Assembly (NCBI RefSeq): GCF_022539665.2
Contig: NC_081333.1
Span: forward strand, 11,160,001 to 11,224,000
Origin: Daphnia carinata
Lineage: Eukaryota
DNA length: 64,000 nt
Reading direction: 5' to 3'
Shown here one piece after another: positions 1 through 12,827 of this stretch (its first letter is position 1; each line of letters opens with the position of its first letter). The position numbers and the translations under genes are program-made. The notes beneath the pieces were generated by a model, which saw only the letters and a list, made by a program, of their open reading frames with translations, did no database searches and had not been told where the DNA came from.

Positions 1-2452
1 AAATCTAACGAAAATCAAATAGATTACTTGTAGTTTTCGCAGGAAATTGCCAATGGCTTCTTTTCCAACGGTGCCGATTTTTGTCCTGTCGAGCGAAAGC
101 AAGAAATCATCTCTGCCGTCACTTCCGATTACTTTGGCAACTTTTACCAAACCCTGGCCTGCTTCCAAAAGTACTTGGAGGATAACGTATCGCGCTTGGG
201 AATGAGCCTGTAACGTTCAAGAGTGACAAACGAAAACAGCGAGTGAAAAATTTTCTATAAAGCAGACCTGCATCCATGATTGTGTTTTGGGATTGTAAAA
301 TTCCATGGCTCTTGTTGACCCATTCAACAGTAGACTAAGCCAGTTCACGTAAATAATATCTTGTGCCTTATCACCTTCGTGACCAAAAATCCTAGAGGGA
401 AAAAAAAGTGTTAATATTTTAGTGAAATCGAGTTTTCGGAAACAGTTACTTGAGGACGTCTTCGTTGAGAGACAAATAGAGACCGACACATTCTGCGCGG
501 CATTCTTCATACGATGACGAAATGGTGGAAAACTTAGAATCGTATGTTTCTCCCTCTTCATACCAAGACAACTATAACACATCCCGAAACAGTATGGTAA
601 GAAGAACAAGATTGGACAAGTCTTTTAACGTATACCTTCTCATCGCCCAACGATGCTTTAACGCTCTCCATGTCGAAGTTGTAGGTACCGTCAGGGTTTT
701 GACGAAATAGCTTACCACTACCGTGACCCAATAATTCGTGCAAACCTACTTGCAGCTCAAACGATTCGGTGTTGTGGCTGATCAGCAACTTCTTATCTTC
801 CTCCGAAATGAAGAAAATATTGGGATCTTTGTAAGAGGCAGGAATCACGTTACCCAATGAAACATTTTTGAACCCTTCGTCCTGGCGAATTTCACCGTCT
901 AAAAGAACACTAGGTAAATACGCGAACAGATAGCTTAACAAAACAAATAAATAATCTTTACAGTTTGGAATGTTAATCCCAGCTGGAATGCCACTGCCAC
1001 TAAAAGTAAGTACATCCAGAGATGTGAAATCTGGTTTCAGATATTTGTCGGTCTCCAACGTCGACGGCCATGGAAGTAGTGGCAAGAAGTTCTCGGCACC
1101 AGCCACTAACGTTCCGAACTTGGCAGACATTACTTTGTTGACAACTGCAACAAAACCTTCAAATTCACCACGCATACCCGCCGGATCACGGTAAGTTTCA
1201 ATAAAACCGATGTATCTACACAAATGGATTACATAAGAAAAATTTCCTGCTTAAGCTTTAAAATTGCAAAGTTTTACGTTTCAATTACTGGTCCTTTGTT
1301 TTGAACCCAATGACGCGATCCATTTTTATGATCAGTCAGTGAACCCGTGGTAAACGACTTGATGTATTCCGTTAGCATAGCAACTTCAACGTCGTTCGAA
1401 GCATAGCTCTAGGGGAATTGTTAGCAAATGAAATAAATACCATAGAAACGAACACAATTACAGAAAGGCAAAATACCTTAGCTTTTTCTAGCTCTTCAAC
1501 AACTAGTTTCAATAGTGGAGAATAATCTCCGCGTGTCACGCAGAACTGATAACCTTCGAATGTTTCTGGCTCGCGTGTAATACCGTCCATAGATCCAGTT
1601 TCAACGGAGGCCAAACGGATCTAATGGTAATAATAAATCTCGTGCGAAATGCGAGAGCCACAATCGGATTTTACCTCGTATTTTGTTACACCATTTGCTT
1701 CGGTTTTAACTACGCGGTTATTATAACCTTCCATTTGGATTGACTTGAAATAGCGGCTAACAATATCGGCATCTTCACTTGTGCAATTAGACGAGAAGTA
1801 TGTTGTAGTTCCTTTATCACCAAGGCCAAGATGGCACTTCTTGGGGCTCAAATCATAGACCAAATCTTTGATACGGTTCCACACCTTGATCAAATCTGTA
1901 TTCTTCTGGAAAGCTTTTGTGGCAAGTAAAAATTTCTCAAGCTTATCGGCAGCAAGATTTGGAATTATTTTTGAATCTCCAAAGCTTTTGTAATTTCCCA
2001 TGTTTGCATACACACCACAGGTGAATACAAGAATAGCCTAAATATAAAAAATTTAGTTTTTAAATCATAACACTGTTATAGGCTGCACTGAATGTACAAA
2101 TTTACCTGGAACTCATCTTCTGACAATCCATTAACTTCCAAGGCTTGTTTCTTGAGATCATCAATGATATCATTCTCAAAGACTTGATGAAGAATAGAGA
2201 ACATGGAACCAGCTTCAATGGATGTCTGCACACAGAACATGTTTATAGTGTAAGAACATTAAATTTAGCTAGATCACAACATTTACTAACCTGAATCAAA
2301 ACTACCAATCCACCGTACCATGAAGCCTTGCTCAAATGGTGCGCATAAGCTTTCTCTTTAGCACTTAAATTTGTAAAAGCAGTACCACATTCAAGGGGAA
2401 CCACAGGCTGCTCATTTGGAAGAATGAAATCCTTAACAGCTACTTCAGACAT
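1..2452 (-). CDS. DPP3: Dipeptidyl peptidase 3 (M49), multi-exon; 3' end runs off the window start
   Basis: N-terminus [16 protein letters not shown]...[56 protein letters not shown]; catalytic HELLGH motif; short GT-AG introns. Confidence 0.96.
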
Positions 2453-3150
2453 CTTAATAGAGAACTGCCTGGCTTGTTGAGAAAATCTGCAAGGGGAAAG
2501 TAAACATTGTCATTGCTTGACAAAACGCACACAAAGTTAGAATGCAAGCCAGAACAATAATTAACCCGCCAAAGGAACCAGAGTGATTTTTCATAAGTAA
2601 GTTGGAAAGCTCAAAAGTTCCGCGGGAATTGAATTTACGCCCCTTACATTCAGGTATCAATCGACCAGACAAGGGGCGAATCCGAAGCACATTCCTCGAA
2701 ATATTAAACATGACGTACAAGTTTTTAGTAAAAACAAAAAAAACAAACCAAAGTTACGGAACAAATGAAGTGGGACAGCTAGTTACGGCGACCGGCAGGA
2801 TGACAATTGCTATTTCGTAAGTGCTAGCACATCGTTGTCGACAGTGATGTTAACGTGATTGTGGCATACCGGAAAACCGTATTTTAGCGACATCGCACAT
2901 TTGTGCACGTGATAAATATGAACAAACACCTGTTGATGTGGAAAAATTTCTGTTTTCATTCTTTTTTTAGCTCTTGACGCTGATTGTTTTTGTTTGTAAA
3001 CATTTTTTGTTCGTTCACCAAGTTCACTTGCTATTCTCTAGCACAACAAAAGGAATGGCAATGTTGCTTAGTTTGTTGGTTACTTCTGCTATACTTCAAA
3101 TACCTTGATTATCCACGTGTGGTTTCTCCGTCTTTTTCGAAGGAATCACG

Positions 3151-5311
3151 ATGGCTGAAACCGGTAGGGAAAATATACCTGGCCAGCCTTCAGATGTTCT
3201 TTCGCATCCGATAGCTACGATAGAACCACTAGAAAATAGCAACAGTTTAATAGAACAGAAAGAGAAAGATGCCAAGAATCAGGGAACCATTATAACAGAA
3301 GGAAAAGCACAGGTTCACTATGCTGGATCTGAAGATAATGTTTTCTATAATCCTGTTCAGGAATTTAATCGTGATCTCAGGTAAAAATCACTAAAGAAAT
3401 ATTAGAAGGTTTCTTAATAAAACATTATTTATACATAAAAGCATTGCAGTACTGAGAGAATTTGCCTTGAACCACATCAAAGAACGAGATAAAAGTTTTG
3501 TTGGTGAAACATTTCTTAAACCAGGAGAAAGCTATGAGGTATAGAAAAATATTTCATATTATTATTATATTTGATTTTATACTGTATACTTTTAATAGCA
3601 TGGCCTGAATGTCCTTGAAGCCTTGTCTGCCTCTGGTCTGAGATCAATAAGATATGCAAAAGAAGTTGGAGGTCTAAAAAATATCCTAGCCAATGATTTG
3701 TCATCCTCTGCTGTTGAGAGCATAAAAACAAACAGCCAAATGAATGAAGTATCTCACTTGATCACTCCTAATGAAGGAGATGCATCGTTAGTAAAGTTTA
3801 TACCTTTTTAGTCAAGTTTTATTTATCTCCTCATTTTGGTTAGCAAAGGATCTTGATGTATCAACACAAACACAAAAAAATCTTTCATTGTGTTGATATC
3901 GATCCTTATGGATCGCCTTCACCATTTATTGATGCTGCTGTCCAGTGTGTGACCGATGGAGGCCTTCTCATGGTTACTGCCACTGACATGGTATTTACCT
4001 TTTATTCCACTTTTGGTATCGTTTCATAACATGACAAAAGTATTGTCTTAGGCCATTCTTTGCGGCAATGTTCCTGAAACATGTTTCGCTAAATATGCAA
4101 GCGTTTCCATTAAAACCAAAGCTTGCCATGAAATGGTAATATTTCCTTCAATGGCAAATTTTTGGTATCGCTTACGGATGATTTTTTATTTCAGGCTTTG
4201 CGAATTATTCTTCAATTCCTACAGACTACGGCTGCCAGATACGGACGCTATATTCGTCCACTTCTTTCTGTTTCTGTTGACTTCTATGTGCGTCTCTTCG
4301 TCGTGGTGCAGACTGGGAAAAATGAATGTAAATCGGCGGCTAGTAAATTGTCAATGGTAATGTTTGTTAAGCTAAAAAAAAAACAAGAAGATGCATACAA
4401 ATACCTTTTTATTTTTCCCAGGTGTATCAATGTGTTGGCTGTCATAATTTGACATGGCAACCTCTTATGAAAAGCGCGGAAAAGAGATATTCACGGGCCC
4501 ATGGACCCCCAACAGATACAAAATGTGAATACTGCCATTCCCGCTTAAATTTTGGTGGCCCTCTTTATTCCCAGCCAATCCACGACTTGGAGTTTGTTCA
4601 GTCTTTGCTTACCAGTTTGGATAATCCCGAGCTCGGAGAATTGAAAACAGAGAAACGCATCCGCGGTATATTAAGCGTAATCTCTGAAGAACTGCCAAAC
4701 TGTCCTTTGTACTTGAGCCTTGATGCAACGGCTTCAACACTAAAATTAAGCGTCCCTTCTTTAGTTATGTTTCGATCAGCAATACTGAATGCCGGATACA
4801 ATGTGTCTCTCTCCCACTGCTACCCCCTCTCCATTAAAACAGACGCTCCTATGTCAGTCATATGGGACTTGTTTCAAGGTACGTTCTTGTTTCCGTTTAA
4901 GTAATCAAAATCAATGGACAGTTGTACGTACTGTAATTTGCATACAGGTTTCGCAAAGAAACAGCATCCTGATAAAGTTTGGCCACGGCCCTTGGGAGAT
5001 AAAGCCTCTCCTACTCCGGCTGATTACATCCTGAGCCGGCTTGTCGCAGTCGAAGCTGATTTCACAACTCACCCCAAAGGAAACCCGTCTTCAAGAATGC
5101 AAAAACTTGTAAGGTTTCAAGAGAACCCGGAAAAGAATTGGGGACCGAAATGCAGAGCGAAAGCCAAGTAACCCGTGGTGTTATTCAAATATATAATTGT
5201 AGATTGTTCACGCCTTGGTTTTTATATTTTAGCGTTAGGCGGAACAAAGCGGATCGCCAATCGGAGAAAAAGAAACCACGTTTGGACGTTGACTGTAATA
5301 CCGAAAAATAA
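3151..5311 (+). CDS. TRMT1: tRNA (guanine-26-N2)-dimethyltransferase, multi-exon
   Basis: [42 protein letters not shown] and [13 protein letters not shown] motifs; last exon 5233-5311. Confidence 0.95.
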
Positions 5312-5937
5312 AAACGAGAGTATTTGGATTTTGTGAATTATGACTGTAAGACCCTGCACGTTTGTGTTGACGACAATAAAATTGAATACCGAAAAAGATG
5401 TTGCCTGCCACAGCTGCGAATTTAAAGCTGCCATTTGGAATGAGGTATGTTGTGTGTTTGCAAAATAATAACAATTTTTTTTTTATTAGGTTTATTCTAG
5501 ACTTCGACGTGATCAAGCAAGTGTGCATATTTATGGAAAATGTTTGCTGGTCAATGTAATTTTGAATGGTGAGATGGTCGTCATCTGGGAAAACGAACTT
5601 TAATGGTATTATACTATTGCAAATGGAGATTCTGAAGAGAGCAGAGAAAACGGAAAGAATGAAAAGTTTCAAGAGAACCCAAAGTTTCCAGGAAAAATTA
5701 ACCTTATCCAAACCATGGCACAATAGAAGTCCATCAGTAAAAAGAAACTGGTAAAAAGTTATAGGAATTAATATTGTGCAGTGCTACGTATCTGCTAAAC
5801 TTTAAATTCAATGAAATTAATTTACAGTAACAGTGTTTATACACCGAAATAATCATTAAACATTTTTGTGTGTTTTTCTTTTTAGAATCGCCGTTGGAAG
5901 AGTCAATGTTTACACTGTCTGGTGTGATGTAATTCGT

Positions 5938-6287
5938 TTAATGCGATAGACGAGGACAACTTGAGTAAAGTTCGGTGCAGTTCGCGCCTGAGCGGCCCAT
6001 CATCGCCGCATCCATGTAGGAAGTGAATCCGCCGACATGACGCGTATGCAACAGATAGCTTAAAGGCAAACTAGGTGAAACAAATGGTGAGATAAGACTT
6101 AAAACTAAATTAAATCTTTTTTAAAACCTGGATAACGAAACAGCCCATCCTGCTTGTCCTGGCGCGGACATAGCCAGCCGGTTCATGCGGCACAAAGTTT
6201 CCTGAGTGCAGATGGTATTTTCAAGAACTGTGTCTTGCTCCCATAATTCGTGAACCATACTCAACCAAGTCGGACCGTCCAGCAGCA
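5938..6287 (-). CDS. Shared 3' exons (6287-6128, 6070-5938) encoding a DM4/DM12-like Cys domain
   Basis: Phase-1 acceptor ttacag|TG; VLLDGPTWLSMVHELW...ICTQETLCRMNRLAM...SLPLSYLL...YMDAAMMGRSGANCTELYSSCP*. The Cys spacing resembles the arthropod DM4/DM12 family (recognised by eye). Confidence 0.8.
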
Positions 6288-6395
6288 CTGTAATGAAAAA
6301 TTGGAACCATTTAAATGTATTCCCAAGCAATGCACACAATCAGATGATGCTGGGATTTACGAACAAAGATTTGGCGATGGCCCTAAAAGATTTAC

Positions 6396-7916
6396 CATCA
6401 GAGAGATCATTATCGTCCATACTACGCGCTGCTGCAAGCGTGGTCGATCTGATGTAGAGAAAGAAGCCGAGGAGACCCAAAAGTCCCACCAAAAGGATGG
6501 GCAAAAGTTTGTTCTTACAACATTCGTCATATCCACTGTACCCGTAACTACTTCCACCCCCGTAACCGCCGCCATAACCACCTCCTCCGCCATAGCTACT
6601 TCCTCCGCCATAACCACCTCCTCCGCCATAACCACCTCCTCCTCCTCCTCCCCCACCCCCACCTTTTTGACCACCGTCATCATCGTCGTCATCTCTATTT
6701 TTCGGGATGTATTTGGTAGTACCACGATCAAGAGACTCATCTAATCCCGGAATAGATCCGTGCGATTCGCCATAGTGTACCTTACCAGGAAATCTGTTCG
6801 CCTTAGGATTCTCATTCATGTCATAACCAGTCATTGTTTGGTAAGAATCTTTATCTCTGTATCGATTGTTAAGCCGATTTTGATCATATCTTGAATACCG
6901 ATCTTCTTCGTAAGTATCATCGCGGCTAGTAAATGACTTTGTATCAAACAAGCCAGCAGGTTCACCAATGGCACGAGCCGACGACTCTTTGCTTTTGGTA
7001 CCACCAGCTTTGGGGTTGACATTGGTACTGTGCAATTTGACTTCCTCAACTTCTGCGTAATCCGGACCGGAACCGTACGCTTCATCATAGTTCTCATCCG
7101 GGTAGAAAACGTCAAACGAGTCCCATCCGCCAGGTGCTGCGTTATAACAATTAACTGTGGTGTCAAGGTTTACTACCTGTCAAGCGTACGTATATTTTGT
7201 TATTAAATTACCCCACGTTTCAAATTGTCAATCTGTCGTTACAATGTTATCCGGAAAGCCTCAAGACGTCTTAAATTATACCACCAGATCGAGTGGGTAG
7301 TATCCAGAAGCTTTCGGATAACAGTGTTGATACAAGATTGACAATTCTTTTCTAAACATACCTGAGGTGATTCCTCCTCCGATGAACTGTGATATCTTCT
7401 GTTACTAATGGACGTTTTTTTACCGTTCTCTGATGTTTCATCAGCATTACGGCGATTACTATTAACCCGACGGGTTTTTAACCTAGTACTTCTAATGGCA
7501 CGAGATAGCGACTCTTCAGGAGCATCGGTCCACTCATAATCATCTACTGATATGGTCGCTGTTCGGAGACCCAGGATCCGCGGATCGCTTAAAATGCGTT
7601 TGGCCATTTTGCTGACTACTTTGAGAACGTCTCCTTGGACGCAATCTCCATTCAGGCAATAATCGGCAAACTCACTACGCGCCATTCTGAAATGCCGGCT
7701 GTTGATTTCGTTGCCGGTGCCGATGTCTGACATAGCAAGGAAATCGCCACTTTCAGGATGGTCGTTTGCTGAAAGACTAATATCAGCTGACGACCTGGAA
7801 GTGGTCGTTAAACCGTTGGTCACGACCAACGTCCGAGCGGAAAGCATAACGACTAGAACAGCAGCCACGCACTTGCGCTTTCTATAGTGGGATGGCACTG
7901 TCGACGGTCGAGACAT
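6396..7916 (-). CDS. Variable unit E (exons 7916-7362 and 7176-6396): Gly/Tyr-rich protein with hydrophobic segment, spliced to the 6287 exon
   Basis: A phase-0 intron joins two ORFs in frame; GGGGYGGG tract, ECCKNKLLPILLVGLLGLLGFFLY; phase-1 donor GATG|gtaaat. Confidence 0.8.
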
Positions 7917-8815
7917 GCCAACGAATCAATTCAAAAGGTAACTAAAAAAATCACTTTGATATCAAAAATCAGATGATGCTAGAAGCACCTGTACTTGATT
8001 AAGATAGAGGCTTCTTAAGAATTAAAGCAATAGCTAATTGATAATCACTATTTAATTTAGCGAATGGGAAGAACTAATGTCGACCGCCCAATGAAGCAGC
8101 TCAATCTCAACTGATAGCACTAGTAACTGAAAAATAGACGAAGCGTTGAGAATTGAAAGAGGATGGTGGGCAGTCGGTAATTTTCGACAGGGTACGCCTC
8201 CGAGTCTAGGAGGCGTTCCACGACACGAAGGAGAAGTTTTTTTGCCAGCCTCCGGAACAAGGTCGATGACCACGATTCACGACTGAACTTATCACCCGAT
8301 CATAACACAATGGGCTTAACTATCCAAGATTAAACGGCCCTTGCCGAAGGACTTCAGTTGATTGCATTCTATCGTGCAGGTATACAAAAAATTTAAATAG
8401 GCAGCCGTTAGTTATTTTCCGCTCAATCAAGGCAAGGTAGTTTGCCGTCAATTTTCACGGTGAAAACTTCATATAATTTACGTCCTTATTACGTTTCTCA
8501 AAACAAATCAAGAGAAGACCTTCGTACGTTACAAACTCTTAGGCGTTAAGAAAACTATGCAAAAAGATGAACGTAAATTTCATTTTTCCACATTTTAAAT
8601 TAAATAATTAATATAAAATCTGTTTTAGACGTACCGGTTACAATACCACAGCCTACCTGCAACAAAATGTGCAACACGACGCGGAAATAGTTATTCTAAG
8701 CGAGACGAAATGGTTGGTCTTTTAACACAATTTTTACTTACTGTAGGCTCATAGCATCTATTTACATTTACTATCTAGCCAAATATGTATTGGGCAACTG
8801 AATCTGTAATCATAC

Positions 8816-9317
8816 CTATGTCCTGATGGGAGAGGAGCTCTTCAAGACTTAAAAGATCATTGGCCATCGATCGCTTTCGACGGACTGCTGCCTTCGTAGT
8901 ACTTAGCAACTGGATGAGGAAGAGGAACAGGAGACCAAGAGCAATGAGAGAGAGCAATCCCAAGTAATCATGCTTTTCACAGCACATCTCGGAGCCATAA
9001 CCTCCTCCGCCATAACTCCCTCCACCATAACCACCTCCGCTATAACCCCCTCCGCCATAACCATAATCATATCGATCTCTTCTGGGAATGGCGCGAGATG
9101 AAGTGATCCATTCAGTTCTTAACATATCAGTTGAGCGTCTGATACGGAGATCGCTTCGCAAAATCCCCATTAGTGGACGGACAAAAGTCAACATTCGTTT
9201 CAGTTCGTACTCGGAATCCAATGGTTCTTGGTCGTTGGCACCGACCAAATAACTCAATGGATCCATGACCAGTAAGATACAACTTCCGAGTTTAATATAG
9301 GTGCTGACTATTACCAT
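8816..9317 (-). CDS. Variable first exon D (Gly/Tyr-rich, CC, hydrophobic segment, RRKR)
   Basis: LDSEYELKRMLTFVRPLM; GYGGGGYSGGGY; MCCEKHDYLGLLSLIALGLLFLFLI; phase-1 donor ATAG|gtatga. Confidence 0.8.
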
Positions 9318-9959
9318 TATTAGGTGCTATTAATTAGAGGAACACTATCACTCAACCGTTGGCAAGGCAAAAATCGGAGAATAAATGTCAAAGATCGGAC
9401 ACTAGCAATAGAGAATTCAGTTCACCAAAGAATGGAGATAAAACAAGGTACGAATTTCTTTCAAACGACAAGAAGGTTTTAACAAGTTACCTCTGCGACT
9501 TTCGGGAGTGAAATGTAAAAATAAAGCTCCTCCCATCTCTTATTCGTTAAAACTCCGCCTCCGGATTAATCCGGCCCTTAAGGGTAGAATTATTTTGCTC
9601 CAACCCCGCTGTGTGGGACAGCCCCAATAGGCACCTGGACGACGTAATCAAAATAATGCTAGCAAAAACAACGTCTGATATGTTTTTGCCCGCGTTTTTG
9701 TGTTTCCTCGAAACAATTCAACTGCGAAAAGTTCGAAGAGAAGTTTATAATTGAATCGGAATTTGAAATACTTTAACCCCCAACTCTCGCAGGTGAATTA
9801 CCTAAAGGACGAAGTAAATCAAGGGAAATAATTGACACAGAGGTAAAAACGTTTGATTCGTTACTAAGATTAAGCATAATCAACTAACGCTTACGATTGA
9901 ATTGATAGAACGAAGTTAACAGCAGCAAATGAATTATTTACTATACGCAATTGCCTTAC

Positions 9960-10506
9960 CACTATTATAATCGTTCGAGCGGATCCATCTGTCCTCATCG
10001 ATGCCTCTCTCCGCAGATCGTTTATTGCTTCGACGGCCAACTGGTTTACGGGCAATGGCAACTAGATAAAGCAAGAGACCAGCCAGAGCGAGAAGAGCCA
10101 ATATAGGAAGAAGATCATCTTTTTTATCACAGCAACCGTAACTTCCACCTCCACCACCGTAGCCGTAGCTGTAGCCATCTCGATCGTAATCGTTACGATG
10201 AAATCTATTGCGATCGCGATTGATGTCACCGTAGCGTAGACCGTAGTAGTCTTCTCTGTTAGATCGAGCTGAGCGGGTGGAATGTCCACTTCGATTGATG
10301 GTCCGATCAGTCCTCAGGATGGCCATCAATGGCGTGACGAACTTCAACATCCACTTTAATTCACGTTCAGATTCTAGTACCGAATCAACAATCGCTTCCG
10401 GCAGGTCATCGACCTCTTCCGCGCCTGCCACCCCATTGTAGGGGTTAGTGTAGCAAGATACTAGAAACGAAGCTAATGCCGTCAAAACACACACCGATTT
10501 CTTCAT
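9960..10506 (-). CDS. Variable first exon C (signal peptide, Gly/Tyr, CC, hydrophobic segment, basic cluster)
   Basis: MKKSVCVLTALASFLVSC; LESERELKWMLKFVTPLM; GCCDKKDDLLPILALLALAGLLLYL; phase-1 donor AGTG|gtaagg. Confidence 0.82.
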
Positions 10507-11011
10507 GTTTTCTAACTTTTCTCAGATAAACAACGAATAACAAAGTCTTCAAGATTACGAATGACTACGCTGGAGCTGTTTCGGGCAGGTGATAGTCTGA
10601 GGGCAGTACACAGAACCGGCAATGGAATCATTCAATCAGAGAATGAAGGCAGAAACTTTTCTTGCATGATCATTTTTGTCTATGAGCTATAGACACTAGT
10701 TAATTACAACCGTACGCCGCAACAAGTTTTTATCATAGTCCCTCCGTCGACTCCGCCTCATTCTGTAAATAGCCCATGCCTTTTCGTTCCACATCCTTCC
10801 CATCATCGTCCTTCATATTTACGCCCTCCCGTGAACTTGCGGTCATTGTCTTAGTAAGACGGTCACTGGATCCCCTTTTTTTTTAAGACCTGTAACTAGC
10901 GTGCAACATCTTAACATGCCTGGCACTCTGTATCGTTTTGCCTTTAGCTATTTCTTCCAGAGCTTAAAGACAAACTGACAGAAGACTTGAAACATTTGAC
11001 GAATTACTTAC

Positions 11012-11516
11012 TTTCTTCTTCCCGTTTAGGCGGTGTGATCATCCGGCGACGTCGACCGCCCGTGACAGTAGCGTTGAGCAGGAAGAAAAGAAAATAAGAG
11101 ATGGCCACCAGAACAAAACCGGGCACGAAAGTGTGGAAGTCCAATTTCTCACAACATCCTTCTTGGTAGCTTCCTGACGAGGAGTAATCGCTACTGCTGT
11201 ATGATGAAGAGTATCGTTTATAGTCGTTGGTGATCCTAGATTTTAGATGTTCCAGGCCAATCATAAATTCATCTCCCATCCGGCTGACGAGATCTATTCC
11301 GGGAGGAAATTGGCGTTGAACCGATGGACTGTTAGGTTTGTCATTCCTTTGGATCAACGTTCCGTCGCTATACTGATCCGATTGATTAACATGGTCTGAT
11401 CCATAGAATTGCTTCGGCGCAAACTGTTGATCCACTTGTCCTTCTGTCACCAGCACAACAACAGTCAACAACCACCAGAAGAATAAAACACCCCGTCGAT
11501 GTCTGTTGAAATTCAT
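11012..11516 (-). CDS. Variable first exon B (signal peptide, Ser/Tyr tract, CC, hydrophobic segment, RRRR)
   Basis: Hydrophobic N-terminus; YSSSYSSSDY; GCCEKLDFHTFVPGFVLVAISYFLFFLL; phase-1 donor GAAA|gtaagt. Confidence 0.78.
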
Positions 11517-12827
11517 CTTTCGTTATTTGTCTCTGTGCAGGTTGAAAAAAAAAAATTTGCAAGCTGATGGAAATAAAATTCGGTCACGACCTCCGATTGC
11601 AAAAATACGAAACTGCAACAGAGAGGGGAGCAATCAACTCAAATTGGAAATGAAGAGCATATAATTCAGTTCACAGTGGCTCGTTCGGGGACAGACTGGC
11701 AGGTTTCTCCTACATTTCAATGTTGGGCTGCACAGGTAACATGCTCTGCCCAGTAATTTCTCAGCAAGCTAGTTATCTAGTCTGCTTTTTCAAGTCAAAG
11801 ATTTATTCTTCAAAAATCGCCAGTAGGCAGGAGATGTGGCAACGTCTTCCCTCATGTCTCGTTTCGTATTCCCTTCAAAAAAAAAGAAAAACGAAGGTTA
11901 TGTCAGTGTCTAGCACTAGGGAAGATTGTTTCATTATCTCGGCCACAAAAACCAACGTTGAACCGATTTACTAACCTGAAGCGTTTATTGCGTAGACATA
12001 TAACGGAACAACGGATTAGTTTGAACATGGATGAGTGTTGATTAACTGTTCTTTGGCAGCAGGAACTACACGAGACAAACGTAATGATATTTTATAAACG
12101 TTCGAAAATTGTGTATCGCCCAAATCTAAACTACATATTCAACTGTTAATCAATCAAACTAATAAGTAGCTTTCTTCTTCATTTGTTACGTTTGGATACT
12201 ATCTGTTCCAAATGACTGGAATAACAACCAAAAAAAATACCACAATAAATGTAGTCTCTATTTTGTAAGATTTTAAAAGATACCTACTGGACATTTTGCA
12301 TATTGCCTTACGGTGGTTAATGTTTAAAGAAATCCAGTAAATTCATTTTCTCCATTATCAGTTTTCTTGGTGTTTGCTTTAGGTTCTACATGTATGAACT
12401 TGATACCTGTGGTAATTCGTTTGCAAAGAAGCACATTGAGCTGAAAATGTAAGGATTACATCCTTAGATGATGAGTTTCATAATCCCAGTCTGATCATTT
12501 ACATACAAAGTATAGCTTTATATATTCCACGATGTTTTTACCGAATTTTCGTCTGTATTTAATTTTCAGATTTTCGACAGAAACATTGACACCAACGAAT
12601 TCCCACCCGATGTCGTTAACTAACCGTAGCCAATCCCACATGATGAAGAAAGAATCACTGTTGAAGGTATAAATAAATCATAGCACACAGATTTTGTTTT
12701 ATAATCGGATTGAGGTCTAACGTACGTAAATCATCATTAATTAGCCGAATTCATCAAGGTGATTTGTAATTGTAGAATCATGAATCCTTCTGTTATGTTT
12801 AACGGATAGATATGTATGACTTCAAGC

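Noticed and set aside
6250..6744. Plus-strand Thr/Ser-rich ORF
   Set aside because: Antisense shadow of the GGY exon.
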